Shown: positions 18,101 to 27,254, counted from the first letter of the stretch. The stretch: 64,000 nt of DNA from an uncultured Gemmatimonadales bacterium (GCA_963783305.1 CAWAMW010000011.1:32001-96000), one strand, 5' to 3'. Program-made: numbers and translations. The notes: generated by a model not told the origin, from the letters alone.

Positions 18101-18296
18101 CGCCAACCACGTGCTCACCCTGACCCGGGACCTCCACCGCTGGCAGGCCAACTTCGACTTTGTGAAGGCCCAGAACGGGAACTTCCTCTTCAGCTTCCGG
18201 GTGCAGCTGCGCGACAACCCGGACCTCAAGCTCGATTACGATCAGCGCGAGGGACCGGCGGATCGGGGGGCGCGGCTGCCGCGCAGGACGCAATAG
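15093..18296 (+). CDS. lptD: Putative LPS-assembly outer membrane protein LptD
   Basis: GTG 15093 after GGAGGAG; signal peptide ending VFA-Q; FTSCDLEHPHY, VPVFWLP, RRSGLLMP, LSNLGFYW and RDLHRW motifs; start inferred. Confidence 0.8.
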   Translation: MDRSVASGSETGSGRCARPGAGGSRAWLPVILGLGLALAPTAVFAQQPGLAGDTTVVGDTVPSDTTLTTRERALARLRAMRVDPVQPDTTVPDSAAEAMDDEAMAAESADTGAAEIVVQSDTAPGVAEPRSTPDDPLRRPLPARDLLLEPDDSLGVFTDDTPSVDRVMVEDSLRTLLRSLAGYQVTEYAGEAAVYSTETRQLEIRGSPSVGRGGEGLAADSLLVYEGDSGIVCGYGSPVLSGGNQAPVESDELCFNIERNIGVAVGARTKFQQGATWYVRGADNRVYLLTGGEKNSLYGERAQFTSCDLEHPHYTFKARSLKMVEGDMMVARNITLEFEDVPVFWLPWMVQSMKRDRRSGLLMPEFGVNEIVRNNSGYNRSLSNLGFYWAINDYASAKGTFEWYSNNWTAVEGALTYRWLRQFLQGNLTAKQYWRQQEGLAGGGSRELTINTSNSWQPDERTRMQLNANYATSTQFVQDNSFNPRELNRKITSTASVNRSFDWGSMSLGADRSEQISTGQVDWKLPGLALNISPVTLWRPSEGLGLTWNGSGNVTNRTRNVPDTLGTRDTRTLDATYSQGLSFGKLGLSQSVTWHDEAVQGPSAAPDIPGFSGGLDGIGIGVVDRVGSAGFRLDEDRDQRLGWSTSLSYQQVLWSGTVVSPSVSINGNQIRDDRTLGDFVAEPNRISAGATLNTSVYGFWPGFGNFSRIRHKIAPTLRWSYSPAPTYSALQEDIFGVRNLREQNRLSLSFNQTFEAKVREEATPDTNAVADTASAGAGGEPSAGEPRRLPQAEKVLLLALDTRTSFVYDFVAASEEGRGFLTEDIQNSIRSDLLRGFQLSMGHSLFAKEPATEGQLQPRRFDPYLTDLSASFSIDNDFWLFDFLGLTSSSDGPAGPGADAATVDPEAEGVANSEDPEVGAESDPDQTSGPGSIIPNRGPQDEMRSGVGGWRAALNYSFRRSRPTATRTETGENQLLSGNVSFQPTELWSLRWSTAYSITDSEFANHVLTLTRDLHRWQANFDFVKAQNGNFLFSFRVQLRDNPDLKLDYDQREGPADRGARLPRRTQ

Positions 18297-18297
18297 C

Positions 18298-19833
18298 ATG
18301 GATACACTTGAGCTCTACGGCGATCGACTCGCCCTCGAGGACATCGAGCGCGTGGCGTACCGCGACGATCTGCGCGTGGCCCTCGCGAGCGCCGCACGGC
18401 CGGGGATCGATGCCGCCCGCGCCGTGGTGGACCGCGCCGTCGAGGAGGGCCGGGTCGTGTACGGCCTCACCACAGGGTTCGGCGCCCTGGCGGAAGTGGT
18501 CATCCCGGCCGACCGCATTGCGGAGCTTCAGGAGAACCTGATCCGGAGCCACGCCGCAGGGGTGGGCGAGCCGCTGCCCGAGGCCGAGGTGCGGGCCATC
18601 ATGCTGCTCCGCGCCAACGTGCTGGCCCTCGGCCATTCCGGCGTGCGGCCGCACGTCATTGAGCGGATCCTGGACCTCCTCAACCACCGCATCCACCCGG
18701 TTGTCCCGTCCCGCGGCAGTGTGGGCGCGTCGGGCGACCTGGCGCCGCTCTCGCACATCGCGCTGGCGCTGATGGGCGAGGGGTGGGTCACGGTCGACGG
18801 CGTGCGGAGGGAGGCGGCCGAGGCCATGGCCGCCGCGGGGATCGAGCCGGTCCAGCTCGCGGCCAAGGAGGGGCTGGCACTCAACAACGGCACCCAGGCC
18901 ATGACGGGTGTGGGCTCGCTCGCGCTCCTTGCGGCCGAGCGCGCGGTGGAGACCGCCGAAGTGGCCGGCGCCATGAGCCTGGAGGCGCTGAAGGGTACGC
19001 CCAGTCCGTTCGATGAGGCGATCCAGCGGGTTCGACCGCAGCCGGGTCAGCATACGAGCGCGGAGCGGCTGCGATCGCTGCTTGCGGGCTCCGAGATCCG
19101 GGAGTCGCACAGGGAAGGCGATCCCCGCGTTCAGGACGCGTACTCGTTGCGCTGCATGCCCCAGGTGCACGGCGCGGCGCGGCAGGCGTTCCGCTACGTG
19201 CGGGAAGTGCTGGAGGTGGAGGCGAACAGCGCCACGGACAACCCCCTCATATTCCCGGATCCCGAGCGGCCGGGGGAGGGGCGGATCCTGAGCGGCGGCA
19301 ATTTCCACGGCCAGCCGGTGGCCCAGGTGCTCGATCTGCTCACCATGGCGTGCGCCGACCTGGCGTCCATCAGCGAGCGCCGTCTGGCCCGACTCGTCGA
19401 TCCGGCGCTCTCCGGTCTCCCCGCGTTCCTGTCGCCGGACCCGGGCACGAACTCCGGGTTCATGATCCCGCAGATCGCGGCCGCGAGCCTCGTGAACGAG
19501 ATCAAGCTGCTGGCCACGCCCGCGTCGGTGGACTCCATCCCCACCGACGCGAACAAGGAGGACCACGTGTCCATGGGGATGACCGCCGCTCGGCAGGCAC
19601 GCGACGCCGTCGCGCTCCTGGAGACCGTTCTCGCCCTCGAGCTCCTCGCCGCCGCGCAGGGCCTCGACTTCCTCCGCCCGCTGGAGCCCGGTCGCGGCGT
19701 GGCCGCCGCTCGCGACGCCATCCGCCGGTCGGTCGAGCCCCTCGGCCGCGACCGCGTAATGGGCCCCGACATCGAGGCCCTCGAGCGCCTCGTGAGGGAG
19801 GGCGCGTTCGCGCGGCTCTGGGACGCCGGCTGA
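18298..19833 (+). CDS. hutH: Histidine ammonia-lyase
   Basis: VYGLTTGFG, LIRSHAAG, MIO-forming GASGDLAPL, VQDAYSLRCMPQVHG and EDHVSMG motifs. Confidence 0.97.
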   Translation: MDTLELYGDRLALEDIERVAYRDDLRVALASAARPGIDAARAVVDRAVEEGRVVYGLTTGFGALAEVVIPADRIAELQENLIRSHAAGVGEPLPEAEVRAIMLLRANVLALGHSGVRPHVIERILDLLNHRIHPVVPSRGSVGASGDLAPLSHIALALMGEGWVTVDGVRREAAEAMAAAGIEPVQLAAKEGLALNNGTQAMTGVGSLALLAAERAVETAEVAGAMSLEALKGTPSPFDEAIQRVRPQPGQHTSAERLRSLLAGSEIRESHREGDPRVQDAYSLRCMPQVHGAARQAFRYVREVLEVEANSATDNPLIFPDPERPGEGRILSGGNFHGQPVAQVLDLLTMACADLASISERRLARLVDPALSGLPAFLSPDPGTNSGFMIPQIAAASLVNEIKLLATPASVDSIPTDANKEDHVSMGMTAARQARDAVALLETVLALELLAAAQGLDFLRPLEPGRGVAAARDAIRRSVEPLGRDRVMGPDIEALERLVREGAFARLWDAG

Positions 19834-19887
19834 CCGGCTCCGAGGCCGCACACGACCGCTTAACCCAACTCCAACCGACAGTCGACC

Positions 19888-21096
19888 ATGCTCATATTCA
19901 GGAATGCCGCGCAGGTGGTGACGTGCGAGACGGCCGACGAGAGCGCCGTACTCGACGGCGCCGCCGTCGTCGTGGACGACGGTGAAATCCTGGCGGTGGG
20001 ACCGGAGCGCGAGCTCGAGGCCCGGTACGCGGACGCGGAGCGCGTGGACTGCGCCGGTGGCGTGCTGACGCCGGGACTGGTCGATTCCCACACGCACGCG
20101 GTCTTCGGCCGCTGGCGAGCGGACGAGTACGCGCTCCGGAGCCAGGGCGTGCCGTACATGGAGATCGCCCGGCGCGGCGGTGGCATCAACGCGTCCGTCC
20201 GGGACCTGCGGGAGCGGTCGGAGGAGGAGCTGGTGGAGCTGACGCGGCCCCGGGTGCGCGACCTCGGATCCTTCGGAGCGACCACGATCGAGGTCAAGAG
20301 CGGCTATGGCCTGACCACGGCCGACGAGCTGAAGATGCTGCGGGTGATCCGCCGGCTGAACGAGGAGGGGCCCGTCGACCTGGTGCCCACCTTCCTCGGG
20401 GCCCACGAGACGCCCCCGGAGCTGGCCGGCCGCGCCGACGCGTACGTGGACCTCCTCATCTCGGAGATGATCCCCGCCGTTGCGGCCGAGGGGCTCGCCC
20501 GGTTCTGTGATGTGTTCATGGAGCCCGGCGTGTTCGACGCCCGGCAGACCCGCCGGGTCCTGGAAGCGGGGCTGGAGCACGGGCTCGTCCCCAAGCTGCA
20601 CGCAGACGAGATCGAGAGCTCGGGCGGAGCGGAGCTCGGGGCGGACATGGGGGCCGCATCGGTCGACCATCTGGGCGCCATCAGCCAGCGCGGGATCGAC
20701 GCGCTGGCGGGCTCCACCACCGTCGCCACCCTCCTCCCAGGCACCCTCTTCTTCCTGGGTAGCAAGCGCTACGCCCCCGCACGGGCGCTCCTCGACGCGG
20801 GCGCCACCGTCGCCCTGGCCACGGACTTCAATCCCGGCTCGTCCACGACGCCGAACCTGCCGCTCGTCATGACCATCGCCTGCTCCCAGATGGGCATGAG
20901 CCCGCTGGAGGCGCTCGTGGCCGTCACGCAGGGTGGCGCCCGCGCCCTCCAGCTCGACGACGGACGGGGCGTCATCCGGGAGGGCGCTCCCGCCGACCTG
21001 GTCGTCTGGGACACCCACGACCATCGGGAGATTCCCTACCGGTACGGGGTCCGGCTCGCCCGCAGCATCTGGAAGGGGGGGCGGAAGGTGGCCTGA
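19888..21096 (+). CDS. hutI: Imidazolonepropionase
   Basis: PGLVDSHTH, GGGINASV, EVKSGYGL, FLGAH, KLHADE and ATDFNPGSS motifs. Confidence 0.97.
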   Translation: MLIFRNAAQVVTCETADESAVLDGAAVVVDDGEILAVGPERELEARYADAERVDCAGGVLTPGLVDSHTHAVFGRWRADEYALRSQGVPYMEIARRGGGINASVRDLRERSEEELVELTRPRVRDLGSFGATTIEVKSGYGLTTADELKMLRVIRRLNEEGPVDLVPTFLGAHETPPELAGRADAYVDLLISEMIPAVAAEGLARFCDVFMEPGVFDARQTRRVLEAGLEHGLVPKLHADEIESSGGAELGADMGAASVDHLGAISQRGIDALAGSTTVATLLPGTLFFLGSKRYAPARALLDAGATVALATDFNPGSSTTPNLPLVMTIACSQMGMSPLEALVAVTQGGARALQLDDGRGVIREGAPADLVVWDTHDHREIPYRYGVRLARSIWKGGRKVA

Positions 21097-21100
21097 GCGC

Positions 21101-21129
21101 TTGTTCCCCGCCCCGGGCGCACCTATCTT
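21101..21129 (+). promoter_or_regulatory. Putative sigma70 promoter for the TPR gene
   Basis: TTGTTC-17 nt-TATCTT just after the hutI stop. Confidence 0.6.
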
Positions 21130-21324
21130 CCCACGGTCGAAAACGCCGCAATCGCGAGCGTGACGCTCACGAAGTGCGGACGGAGATCCGGGAGCACCGG
21201 GGCGGGCACACGGGAGTGCGGCCCAGGGAGCTCCCGTTTGTACCCCCGGCAGCAGGCGGGGGCGGCCACGCGGCGAGCGGGCGCGATCAGCGACTGGCGG
21301 AGAGCAGCGTTCGATGGGGATAGC

Positions 21325-23541
21325 ATGGCGGCAATCGGAAAACTGAAGGACCGGGCTCGGAAGCACGAGCAGAAGGAGGAGTGGCAGTCCGCCATCGTGG
21401 CCTACCAGGAGGTCCTCGACAAGGAGGCGGAGTCCGAGGAGGTGGAGGTGGAGCTCAGCCTCTATAACCGGATCGGCGACCTGCACCTCCGTATGGGCCA
21501 GATGCACGAGGCGGTCTCGTACTACGAGACGGCCGCGGACAAGTACGCCGAATCGGGGTTCCTGAACAACGCCATCGCTCTCTGCAACAAGGCGCTCCGC
21601 CACCACCCGGACCGTCCCCAAACCTACCTCAAGCTCAGCCGACTCTGCGCGGAGCAGGGCTTTCAGACCGACGCTCGCCGCTGGATCCTCGAATATTCCG
21701 AGCGCCAGATGAAAGCCGGCCGCGTCGAGGATGCGCTCACCGGACTCGAGAACTTCGCCGACCTTTCTGACGACGCCGAGATCCGCGAGAGGCTGGCCCA
21801 GCAGCTCGTCGTACACGACCGTCCCGATGAAGCGGTCCAGCAGCTGCGCCATGCCTACACCCTCCGGTCGCGCAACGGCGAGGTCGAGGCCGCCGAAGCC
21901 GCCCTGGACCAGGCGCGCCAGATCGATCCGACCGCCAATTTCGACGACGCGACAGAGCCCGCCGCCCGGGTCGATGGGTGGAACCACTCCGCCGGCGCCG
22001 ACGAGACGGTCGACGAAGCGGTCAACGAGACGGTCAACGAGACGGTCAACGAGACGGTCAACGAGACGGCCGCGGAGGCCGGTCTGGCCGGTCTCGAGAC
22101 TCGGCGCGATGACCCCGTCGAAGCCGATTCCGCCCATCTCGAACTGGATGGCCTCGAGACCGCCGCGGCCGGGCCGGTCGAGCCGGATGAAGAGGACACC
22201 GACCCGGGCTCCCTTTCCGGTCTCGAAGTGTCCCACTCTGTGCAGGACCCGGACGCGGCGCCCGAAGAGGATGAGCTGCCCGCGCTCGGTGGACTGCAGA
22301 CGTTCGACCGCGGTGCGGCCGAGGGGGAGGACGCGCCGGAGCTCGAGGACGAATTCGACGACGAGGAAGAGCCGGAGCCGCTCCCCCTGCTCGACAACGC
22401 CTATGACGGCGACCCGGAGGAAGCGTTCGGGACGGGGGAGGCCCTGGACGCGGCGGACGACGAGGAGCCGGAGCCGCTCCCCCTGCTGGACACAGGCTTC
22501 GACGAGGAGCCCGAAGACGATCTCACCGGGGAGCAGGTATCGCTCGAGCCGTCGTCGGATGCCATGGACCTCGACCTCGAATCGTTCGACCTGGGGATGG
22601 GAATCCAGGAGGAGCAATCCGAAGCCGAGACCGGGGATACCGACGTCGACGTGGAGACGGTGCTCCAGCGGGGCCGTGACCTCGTCAGCCGGGGGCTCGT
22701 GAACGAAGCGCTGCTCGAGCTCCGCGTTCTGTCCGGCAGGGACAGCGACATGGAGGTGGTCCGCGAGGCGCTGGCCATCGTCAACGAGATCGTCCGCGAG
22801 GAGCCGAATCACATTGAAGCCCTCCAGCGGCGGGTCGAGTACTCTGAGCTGACGGAGGAGCGGGATCTCCTGGCAAAGGCCTACCTCGACCTGGCCGACG
22901 CGCTGGCCCGGCTCGGTGCGGAGACCAGGGCGCAGGCCATGTACGAGCGCGCCCTGGCTCTCGACCCCGGCAACCGCGCCGCGCGGGAGGCGCTCGGCAC
23001 CGCCGCCGACGAGGGAGCCGAGGCGATCGATCTCGACACCGTTCTGCGGGAGATGGAGCCGGAGGAGATCGCCGAACGGACGCGGCAGCCGGAAGCGCCC
23101 GGGGAGGGCGACGACCCGGACCCGAGCTTTGAGGCCATGCTCTCTCAGTTCAAGGCGAAGGTCACCGACCGGCCGCCCCGGTCCGACAATGCGGGCGATC
23201 ACTACGACCTGGGCCTCGCCTTCAAGGAGATGGGCCTCATCGACGAGGCCATCGCCGAGTTCCAGACGGCGCTGATGGGCGGCACTGAGCGGCTGAAGGT
23301 CTACGAAGAGCTCGGCCAGTGCTTCATGCAGAAGAAGCAGTTCACCGTGGCACTCAAGGTGCTCAGCAGGGCCCTCCAGGTGACCCACACCGCGGAGTCG
23401 GAGCTGCTGGGCGTGTACTATCACATGGGACGGTGTCACGAAGAGCTGGGCCAGCGGGCGGAGGCCCGGGAGGCGTACGAGAAGGTGCTGGCCCTGGACG
23501 AGAGCTTTCAGGACGTTCCGGAACGGATGACTCGCCTGTGA
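21325..23541 (+). CDS. Large TPR protein with a long acidic low-complexity linker
   Basis: N-terminal TPRs, D/E-rich middle, C-terminal TPRs (HYDLGLAFKEMGLIDEAIAEFQ); ATG 21325 chosen over the track start 21160. Confidence 0.88.
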   Translation: MAAIGKLKDRARKHEQKEEWQSAIVAYQEVLDKEAESEEVEVELSLYNRIGDLHLRMGQMHEAVSYYETAADKYAESGFLNNAIALCNKALRHHPDRPQTYLKLSRLCAEQGFQTDARRWILEYSERQMKAGRVEDALTGLENFADLSDDAEIRERLAQQLVVHDRPDEAVQQLRHAYTLRSRNGEVEAAEAALDQARQIDPTANFDDATEPAARVDGWNHSAGADETVDEAVNETVNETVNETVNETAAEAGLAGLETRRDDPVEADSAHLELDGLETAAAGPVEPDEEDTDPGSLSGLEVSHSVQDPDAAPEEDELPALGGLQTFDRGAAEGEDAPELEDEFDDEEEPEPLPLLDNAYDGDPEEAFGTGEALDAADDEEPEPLPLLDTGFDEEPEDDLTGEQVSLEPSSDAMDLDLESFDLGMGIQEEQSEAETGDTDVDVETVLQRGRDLVSRGLVNEALLELRVLSGRDSDMEVVREALAIVNEIVREEPNHIEALQRRVEYSELTEERDLLAKAYLDLADALARLGAETRAQAMYERALALDPGNRAAREALGTAADEGAEAIDLDTVLREMEPEEIAERTRQPEAPGEGDDPDPSFEAMLSQFKAKVTDRPPRSDNAGDHYDLGLAFKEMGLIDEAIAEFQTALMGGTERLKVYEELGQCFMQKKQFTVALKVLSRALQVTHTAESELLGVYYHMGRCHEELGQRAEAREAYEKVLALDESFQDVPERMTRL
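22021..22068 (+). repeat. 12-bp coding tandem repeat (gtcaacgagacg)x4 encoding VNET
   Basis: Four perfect copies, plus degenerate copies directly upstream. Confidence 0.95.
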
Positions 23542-24548
23542 AGTCCGACCGCGCGCAGACGCTCCCAGTGTCCCGGGCGCGCCTGGAGCAGATCCAGGCG
23601 CCCGTCACGGACGCGCTGGATCGAGTGGTCGATGAGATCCGCCGGGTCGTCGTGGCTGAGTTCCCGCCCATCCAGGAGGTCAACGACTACCTGGCCCTCG
23701 CCAGGGGCAAGCTCTTCCGGCCGACCCTCCTCCTTCTCGCCAATCAGGTGGGGGACAGCGGCGGACACGAGCGGGCGGCAACGCTCGGCGCGATCATCGA
23801 GCTGCTCCACATGGCCACCCTCGTCCACGACGACGCCGTCGACCACTCCGTGCTCCGCAGGGGGATGCCCACGGTCAACGCCCTCTGGAACTACCAGTCG
23901 GCCATCATCATGGGCGACTATCTCTACAGTCGCGCGGTCACGGAGCTCGCGGAGTTCGGGCGCACCGACCTCATCCAGGTCCTGGCGCGCGCGGCGAACG
24001 AAATGAGCGTCGGAGAGATGCGCCAGCTCGTGTCCGCCGACGCGATCGCCTTCGATGAGGACGACTACTACCGACTCATCCGCGCCAAGACCGCCTCCCT
24101 CATGTCGGCCGCCTGCGAGCTGGGCGCCATGGCCGGGGATCCCCGGTACCGCACGCCGCTCACCGAGTTCGGCCATCACGTGGGCATGGCGTTCCAGATC
24201 GCCGACGACCTCCTGGACTACACCGCCACTGAGGCGGCCACCGGAAAGCCGACCGGGCACGATTTGCGCGAGCATAAGATGACGATCCCGCTCATTGCCG
24301 CCCTCGAGCAGATGGACGCGGCGGCCCGGCGCGAGGTGGAGCATTTCTTCGCGGATCCGGAGCCCACCGATGGGGGCATCCGGCGTGTGATCGAGCTGAG
24401 CAGGGAATACGGTGGCCTGGAGTATGCCCGGGCTCGTGCCGTAGAGTTCGGGGACCGCGCCATGCAGTGCGTCGAGAGCCTGCCCCAGGGGGCGGCTACC
24501 GCTGCCCTCGGCGCGGCGGTCCGATACGTGGTTGAACGCAGAAGCTGA
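23538..24548 (+). CDS. Polyprenyl diphosphate synthase (IspB/HepT-like)
   Basis: GKLFRP, first Asp-rich motif HDDAVD..LRRG, KTASL, FQIADDLLD; GTGA overlap with the upstream gene. Confidence 0.93.
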   Translation: MKSDRAQTLPVSRARLEQIQAPVTDALDRVVDEIRRVVVAEFPPIQEVNDYLALARGKLFRPTLLLLANQVGDSGGHERAATLGAIIELLHMATLVHDDAVDHSVLRRGMPTVNALWNYQSAIIMGDYLYSRAVTELAEFGRTDLIQVLARAANEMSVGEMRQLVSADAIAFDEDDYYRLIRAKTASLMSAACELGAMAGDPRYRTPLTEFGHHVGMAFQIADDLLDYTATEAATGKPTGHDLREHKMTIPLIAALEQMDAAARREVEHFFADPEPTDGGIRRVIELSREYGGLEYARARAVEFGDRAMQCVESLPQGAATAALGAAVRYVVERRS

Positions 24549-24578
24549 TGAGAGAGAGCCCGCAGTGAGTGAGGTACT

Positions 24579-24860
24579 TTGATGTTGGGATCACGACGAC
24601 GCGCTTTCCCCCGCATGGTGTGGGCGGTCCTTATCGGGCTGTTCCTCGGCGCGCTGTTCACCAAGCTGGCCACCCGCTACCTTCCAGATAGCGCGGGACG
24701 GGAGTTCCTGACCACGACGGCTTCGGCATCGATCGGGCCGCTGGGGGTCGACCTGGTGGCGGTCGCGTTCGTGATCGGCCCCCTCGTCCTGAACCTGAAC
24801 GTGCTGAGCCTGATCGGGATCCTGATCGTGGCTCTGGTGATGCGCTCCTGGTGGTTCTAG
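24579..24860 (+). CDS. Small membrane protein, DUF4321-like
   Basis: Hydrophobic 93 aa with an IGPLGVDL..V.F..GPL.LNLNVLS.IG pattern; GAGG RBS; start TTG 24579 or ATG 24582. Confidence 0.7.
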   Translation: MMLGSRRRAFPRMVWAVLIGLFLGALFTKLATRYLPDSAGREFLTTTASASIGPLGVDLVAVAFVIGPLVLNLNVLSLIGILIVALVMRSWWF

Positions 24861-24884
24861 TGGCGGAAAACGGAGGAATGACCT

Positions 24885-25187
24885 ATGGGGTTTGGTAGCG
24901 TGGGCGTGTGGGAGGTGATCCTCATCCTCGCCGTACTCCTCCTGGTGTTCGGCGCCAAGCGGCTGCCGGAGATCGGAGCGGCGCTGGGGAAGGGGATCCG
25001 TGAGTTCAAGGGGTCCGTGCGCGACATCGAGAGCGAGATCAATCGCCCGCCCGACCGCCGCGGCGACCTGCCTCGCTCCGAGGCCCCTCGCGCCGAGCCG
25101 CGGCCGGAGCCCCGCGTCGAGGAGCCCCGCGTCGAGGAGCCCGCCCGGCCCCGCGCCGACGACGAGGCGCAGCGCCCCCCCGAGTAG
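24885..25187 (+). CDS. tatA: Twin-arginine translocase TatA/TatE subunit
   Basis: LLVFGAKRLPEIG..LGKGIREFK. Confidence 0.96.
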   Translation: MGFGSVGVWEVILILAVLLLVFGAKRLPEIGAALGKGIREFKGSVRDIESEINRPPDRRGDLPRSEAPRAEPRPEPRVEEPRVEEPARPRADDEAQRPPE

Positions 25188-25219
25188 ACCTGCGGCGGGT
25201 CAGGGTCAGGCGGAGAAAG

Positions 25220-25260
25220 AAGAAGCGCCCCGGACGGTCGAACCGTCCGGGGCGCTTCTT
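25220..25260. terminator. Bidirectional intrinsic terminator between convergent tatA and ppiD
   Basis: Perfect 18-bp inverted repeat aagaagcgccccggacgg-tcgaa-ccgtccggggcgcttctt. Confidence 0.85.
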
Positions 25261-25296
25261 GCTCGTGCGGGCAGGACCCGATCGGCGCCGCCAGCG

Positions 25297-27108
25297 TCAG
25301 GCGCTGGTGGGCCGGAGCACCTCATCCCGCTGGTCCACCACCTCCGCTTCCTCGCGGAGCGCCTCCATGAACTCGTTGAGACGCTGGTTCTGGAGCGCCC
25401 CCATGATCTGCTGCCGCTGCTGCGGAAGCTGCGCCTGCCACGCCTCCCGGTCCGCCTCCGTCTGGCCCGTCACCTCGATGACGAAGAACCCATCCGGCGT
25501 CTCCAACAGACCGCTCACCTCTCCCACCTCGAGCCCGAAAGCCGCTCCGATCGCCGCGTTGCCGCTGCCCACGCCCGGCACGAAGTCCAGCCGCGTGAAC
25601 GGACCGGCCTCCCGGACCGGCATACCCGCCGCCGCGGCGGCCGCTTCGAGCGTCGCGTTGCCCTCGATCCGATCGACGACCTCCCGTCCAATGTCGTGCA
25701 ACCGCTCACGTTTCCGCTCGTTGCGCAGGATCGTCTCGATGGGCGCACGCGCCTCCTCCAGCGTGAGAGCCCGTGCTTCGTCGCGCTCCACCACCTCCAT
25801 GAGGTAGAACGACCGGTCGTTCTCGAAGATCTCGCTCACCTCTCCCACCGCCGGACGGCGCTCGAACACCCAGTCCACACCCTCGCTGATGCTGCCCACG
25901 CCCGGCATGTTCGGCAGCAAGGGCGTGAGCTCCATGCTCCGGACGTTGACCCCCATCTCCTCCGCGGCCGCCTCGAGCGACATCCGCTCCACCATGGCCT
26001 CCAGCGAGTCGACCCGGGCCAGCATCGCGTCCTCGCTCTCCAGCGTCCGCTCCACCGGCAGAAGGATGTGGGACACCTCCGCCGTCTCGTCTGTGCGCTC
26101 GTCCACCCGAATCAGGTGGTAGCCGAACTGCGTCAGGACCGGCTCCGTCACCTGCCCCACGGGCGCGTTCCAGACCGCCTCCTCGAACGCCGGCACCATC
26201 TGGCCGCGCCGGACCGTGCCGAGGTCGCCGCCCTGCGTGGCAGATCCCGGGTCCTGGCTGCGCTCGGCGGCGACGTCGGCGAAATCGGCGCCCGCGAGGA
26301 TACTCGACCGCACCTCGCGCGCGGCCGCCAGCGCCGCCGCCGTGTCCCCCGCCATCGGCCGCTTGTCGATGGCCACCACCCGGGCCTGGGCACGCGCGGG
26401 CCGTTCGAAATCGTCGCGGTTCTCGTTGTAGTACGCGGCGACCTCCCGGTCCTCGATACTCACTTCCGCATCCGTGATCGTCGCCAGAACCAGCGGGATG
26501 TAGCGCATGGACGCCGTCTCGTTCCGCTCACGATACAGCCGCCACAGCTCCCCCTCCGTCACCACCACACCGGCGCTCACCTGCTGGAACAGCTTGTTCC
26601 GCGGGATCACCCGCCGGTAGTACGCCTCCAGGTCCCGCAGCATCTGCGGGTCCGCCGAGGCCGACGCCATGAACTGGTGGTACTTGTCCAGGTCGAACTG
26701 GCCGTCGGTGAGGAAGATCTCGTTGTTCCGGAACTCGGGCGGCGGTGCGTATCGCGCCGCCTGCCGGATCTCCTCCTCCGTCACCTGTACGCCGCGGTGC
26801 GACAGCTCCTGGTCGATCAACCGGTCCATCACCAGCTGCTCGAACGCCTGATCCTCGAGCTGGCGGTTCTCCGCGGCGGTCACATCCCCGCGCTCCTGCT
26901 GCCGCTGGTTGTACAGACTCTGGTACACCTGGGTGTACTCGCCGTACGTGATCGCTGAGCCGTTGACCTTCCCGAGCTGACCGCCCGTGAGGGCCCCCGC
27001 GCTCTGCCCGCTCATGTCCATCCCCCACTCGAACACCATGAGCGCCACGAAGGCCAGCGCTGTCACCAGCATGATCCACTTCGTGTTCTCACGCATCTGC
27101 TGCATCAT
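25297..27108 (-). CDS. ppiD: Membrane-anchored periplasmic chaperone / parvulin PPIase (PpiD/SurA family)
   Basis: N-terminal TM, SurA_N-like region, rotamase motif SQDPGSATQGGDLG...MVPAFEEAV...TQFGYHLI; GGAGGAG RBS. Confidence 0.85.
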   Translation of the reverse strand: MMQQMRENTKWIMLVTALAFVALMVFEWGMDMSGQSAGALTGGQLGKVNGSAITYGEYTQVYQSLYNQRQQERGDVTAAENRQLEDQAFEQLVMDRLIDQELSHRGVQVTEEEIRQAARYAPPPEFRNNEIFLTDGQFDLDKYHQFMASASADPQMLRDLEAYYRRVIPRNKLFQQVSAGVVVTEGELWRLYRERNETASMRYIPLVLATITDAEVSIEDREVAAYYNENRDDFERPARAQARVVAIDKRPMAGDTAAALAAAREVRSSILAGADFADVAAERSQDPGSATQGGDLGTVRRGQMVPAFEEAVWNAPVGQVTEPVLTQFGYHLIRVDERTDETAEVSHILLPVERTLESEDAMLARVDSLEAMVERMSLEAAAEEMGVNVRSMELTPLLPNMPGVGSISEGVDWVFERRPAVGEVSEIFENDRSFYLMEVVERDEARALTLEEARAPIETILRNERKRERLHDIGREVVDRIEGNATLEAAAAAAGMPVREAGPFTRLDFVPGVGSGNAAIGAAFGLEVGEVSGLLETPDGFFVIEVTGQTEADREAWQAQLPQQRQQIMGALQNQRLNEFMEALREEAEVVDQRDEVLRPTSA

Positions 27109-27158
27109 ACGACCACGACTCCTCCGCTGGACGGCGATTCTCTTAGCACAAACGGTGA

Positions 27159-27187
27159 AAGATACAGGCGCGGAGCCCCCCCTTCAA
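27159..27187 (-). promoter_or_regulatory. Putative sigma70 promoter for ppiD
   Basis: Minus strand TTGAAG-17 nt-TATCTT. Confidence 0.65.
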
Positions 27188-27224
27188 CCAGGGGCCACCC
27201 GACGGACGCCTCGCCCGTATCACG

Positions 27225-27254
27225 TTGACAGCCTCGCGCGACAGAATCTATCTT
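27225..27254 (+). promoter_or_regulatory. Putative sigma70 promoter for the TPR-aroQ-acc operon, divergent from the ppiD promoter
   Basis: TTGACA-18 nt-TATCTT. Confidence 0.7.

Noticed and set aside
18226..23439. 1737-aa minus-strand ORF, and similar long antisense ORFs over uvrB, ftsK, mutS2 and dnaG
   Set aside because: They are shadow frames of well-supported plus-strand genes in high-GC DNA and show no recognisable motifs.
27143..27170. CIRCE-like TTAGCAC upstream of ppiD
   Set aside because: Only a partial left half-site; the right arm is absent.
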